Part shown: positions 63,983 through 64,000 of the stretch, piece by piece
How positions within the stretch are numbered: the stretch's first letter is position 1
How the letters are laid out: every line of letters begins with the position of its first letter
Source of the DNA: Takakia lepidozioides
Taxonomy: Eukaryota; Plantae; Bryophyta
Length of the DNA stretch: 64,000 nt
Direction: 5' to 3'
Assembly: GCA_030704615.1 (NCBI GenBank)
Contig: CM060734.1
Location: forward strand, 59,520,001 to 59,584,000
Notes under the pieces: generated by a model
The model's input: only the letters and a program-made list of their open reading frames with translations
What the model was told of the DNA's origin: nothing
Databases searched by the model: none
Translations under genes and position numbers: made by a program

Positions 63983-64000
63983 TGTTACTGTAAATGGGGC

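Larger units (their letters stand above)
55111..64000 (-). mobile_element. Ty3/gypsy non-chromovirus (Athila/Tat/Phygy-like) LTR retrotransposon with extra 3' ORF; 5' part outside window
   Basis: Domain order PR-RT-RH-INT, then an extra ORF, PPT AGGGGGAAGGGGTAA at 56009-56023, and a 3' LTR. Confidence 0.9.

Overview
Eukaryotic nuclear DNA from a land plant with short introns. The gene and TE types suggest a non-seed plant (bryophyte or lycophyte grade), which is inference. The left half (1-33 kb) is genic. It holds a degenerate Ulp1-carrying TE end, a small TM/coiled-coil gene, an FBL14-type F-box/LRR pseudogene, a CACTA end, an RNase Z pseudogene fragment, a cyanobacterial HhoA-like Deg protease, plastid RNase J and a URGT nucleotide-sugar transporter. 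The right half (33.8-64 kb) is a nest of TEs. A tandem array of Helitron 3' ends (with a SINE) is followed by a PHD-finger Ty3 with an internal inversion, then a large Mutator-like element, then a second Ty3 with an extra 3' ORF. The main finding is the Mutator-like element (about 41.2-55.1 kb). Head-to-head with its apparently intact GCM-like/DDE/SWIM transposase it carries a 10-exon, ~1400-aa gene fusing a ParB/Srx-like domain (DGNHR) to a bacterial-type beta-class N6A/N4C DNA methyltransferase fold. About 49 copies of a 22-bp palindrome (GGAAATGCGG-NN-CCGCATTTCC) lie outside the coding exons of both genes and are helically phased, with a strict 53-bp period in the main array. This looks like a transposon-encoded ParB/parS-like self-recognition and self-marking system. 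All calls are by eye, with no database searches.
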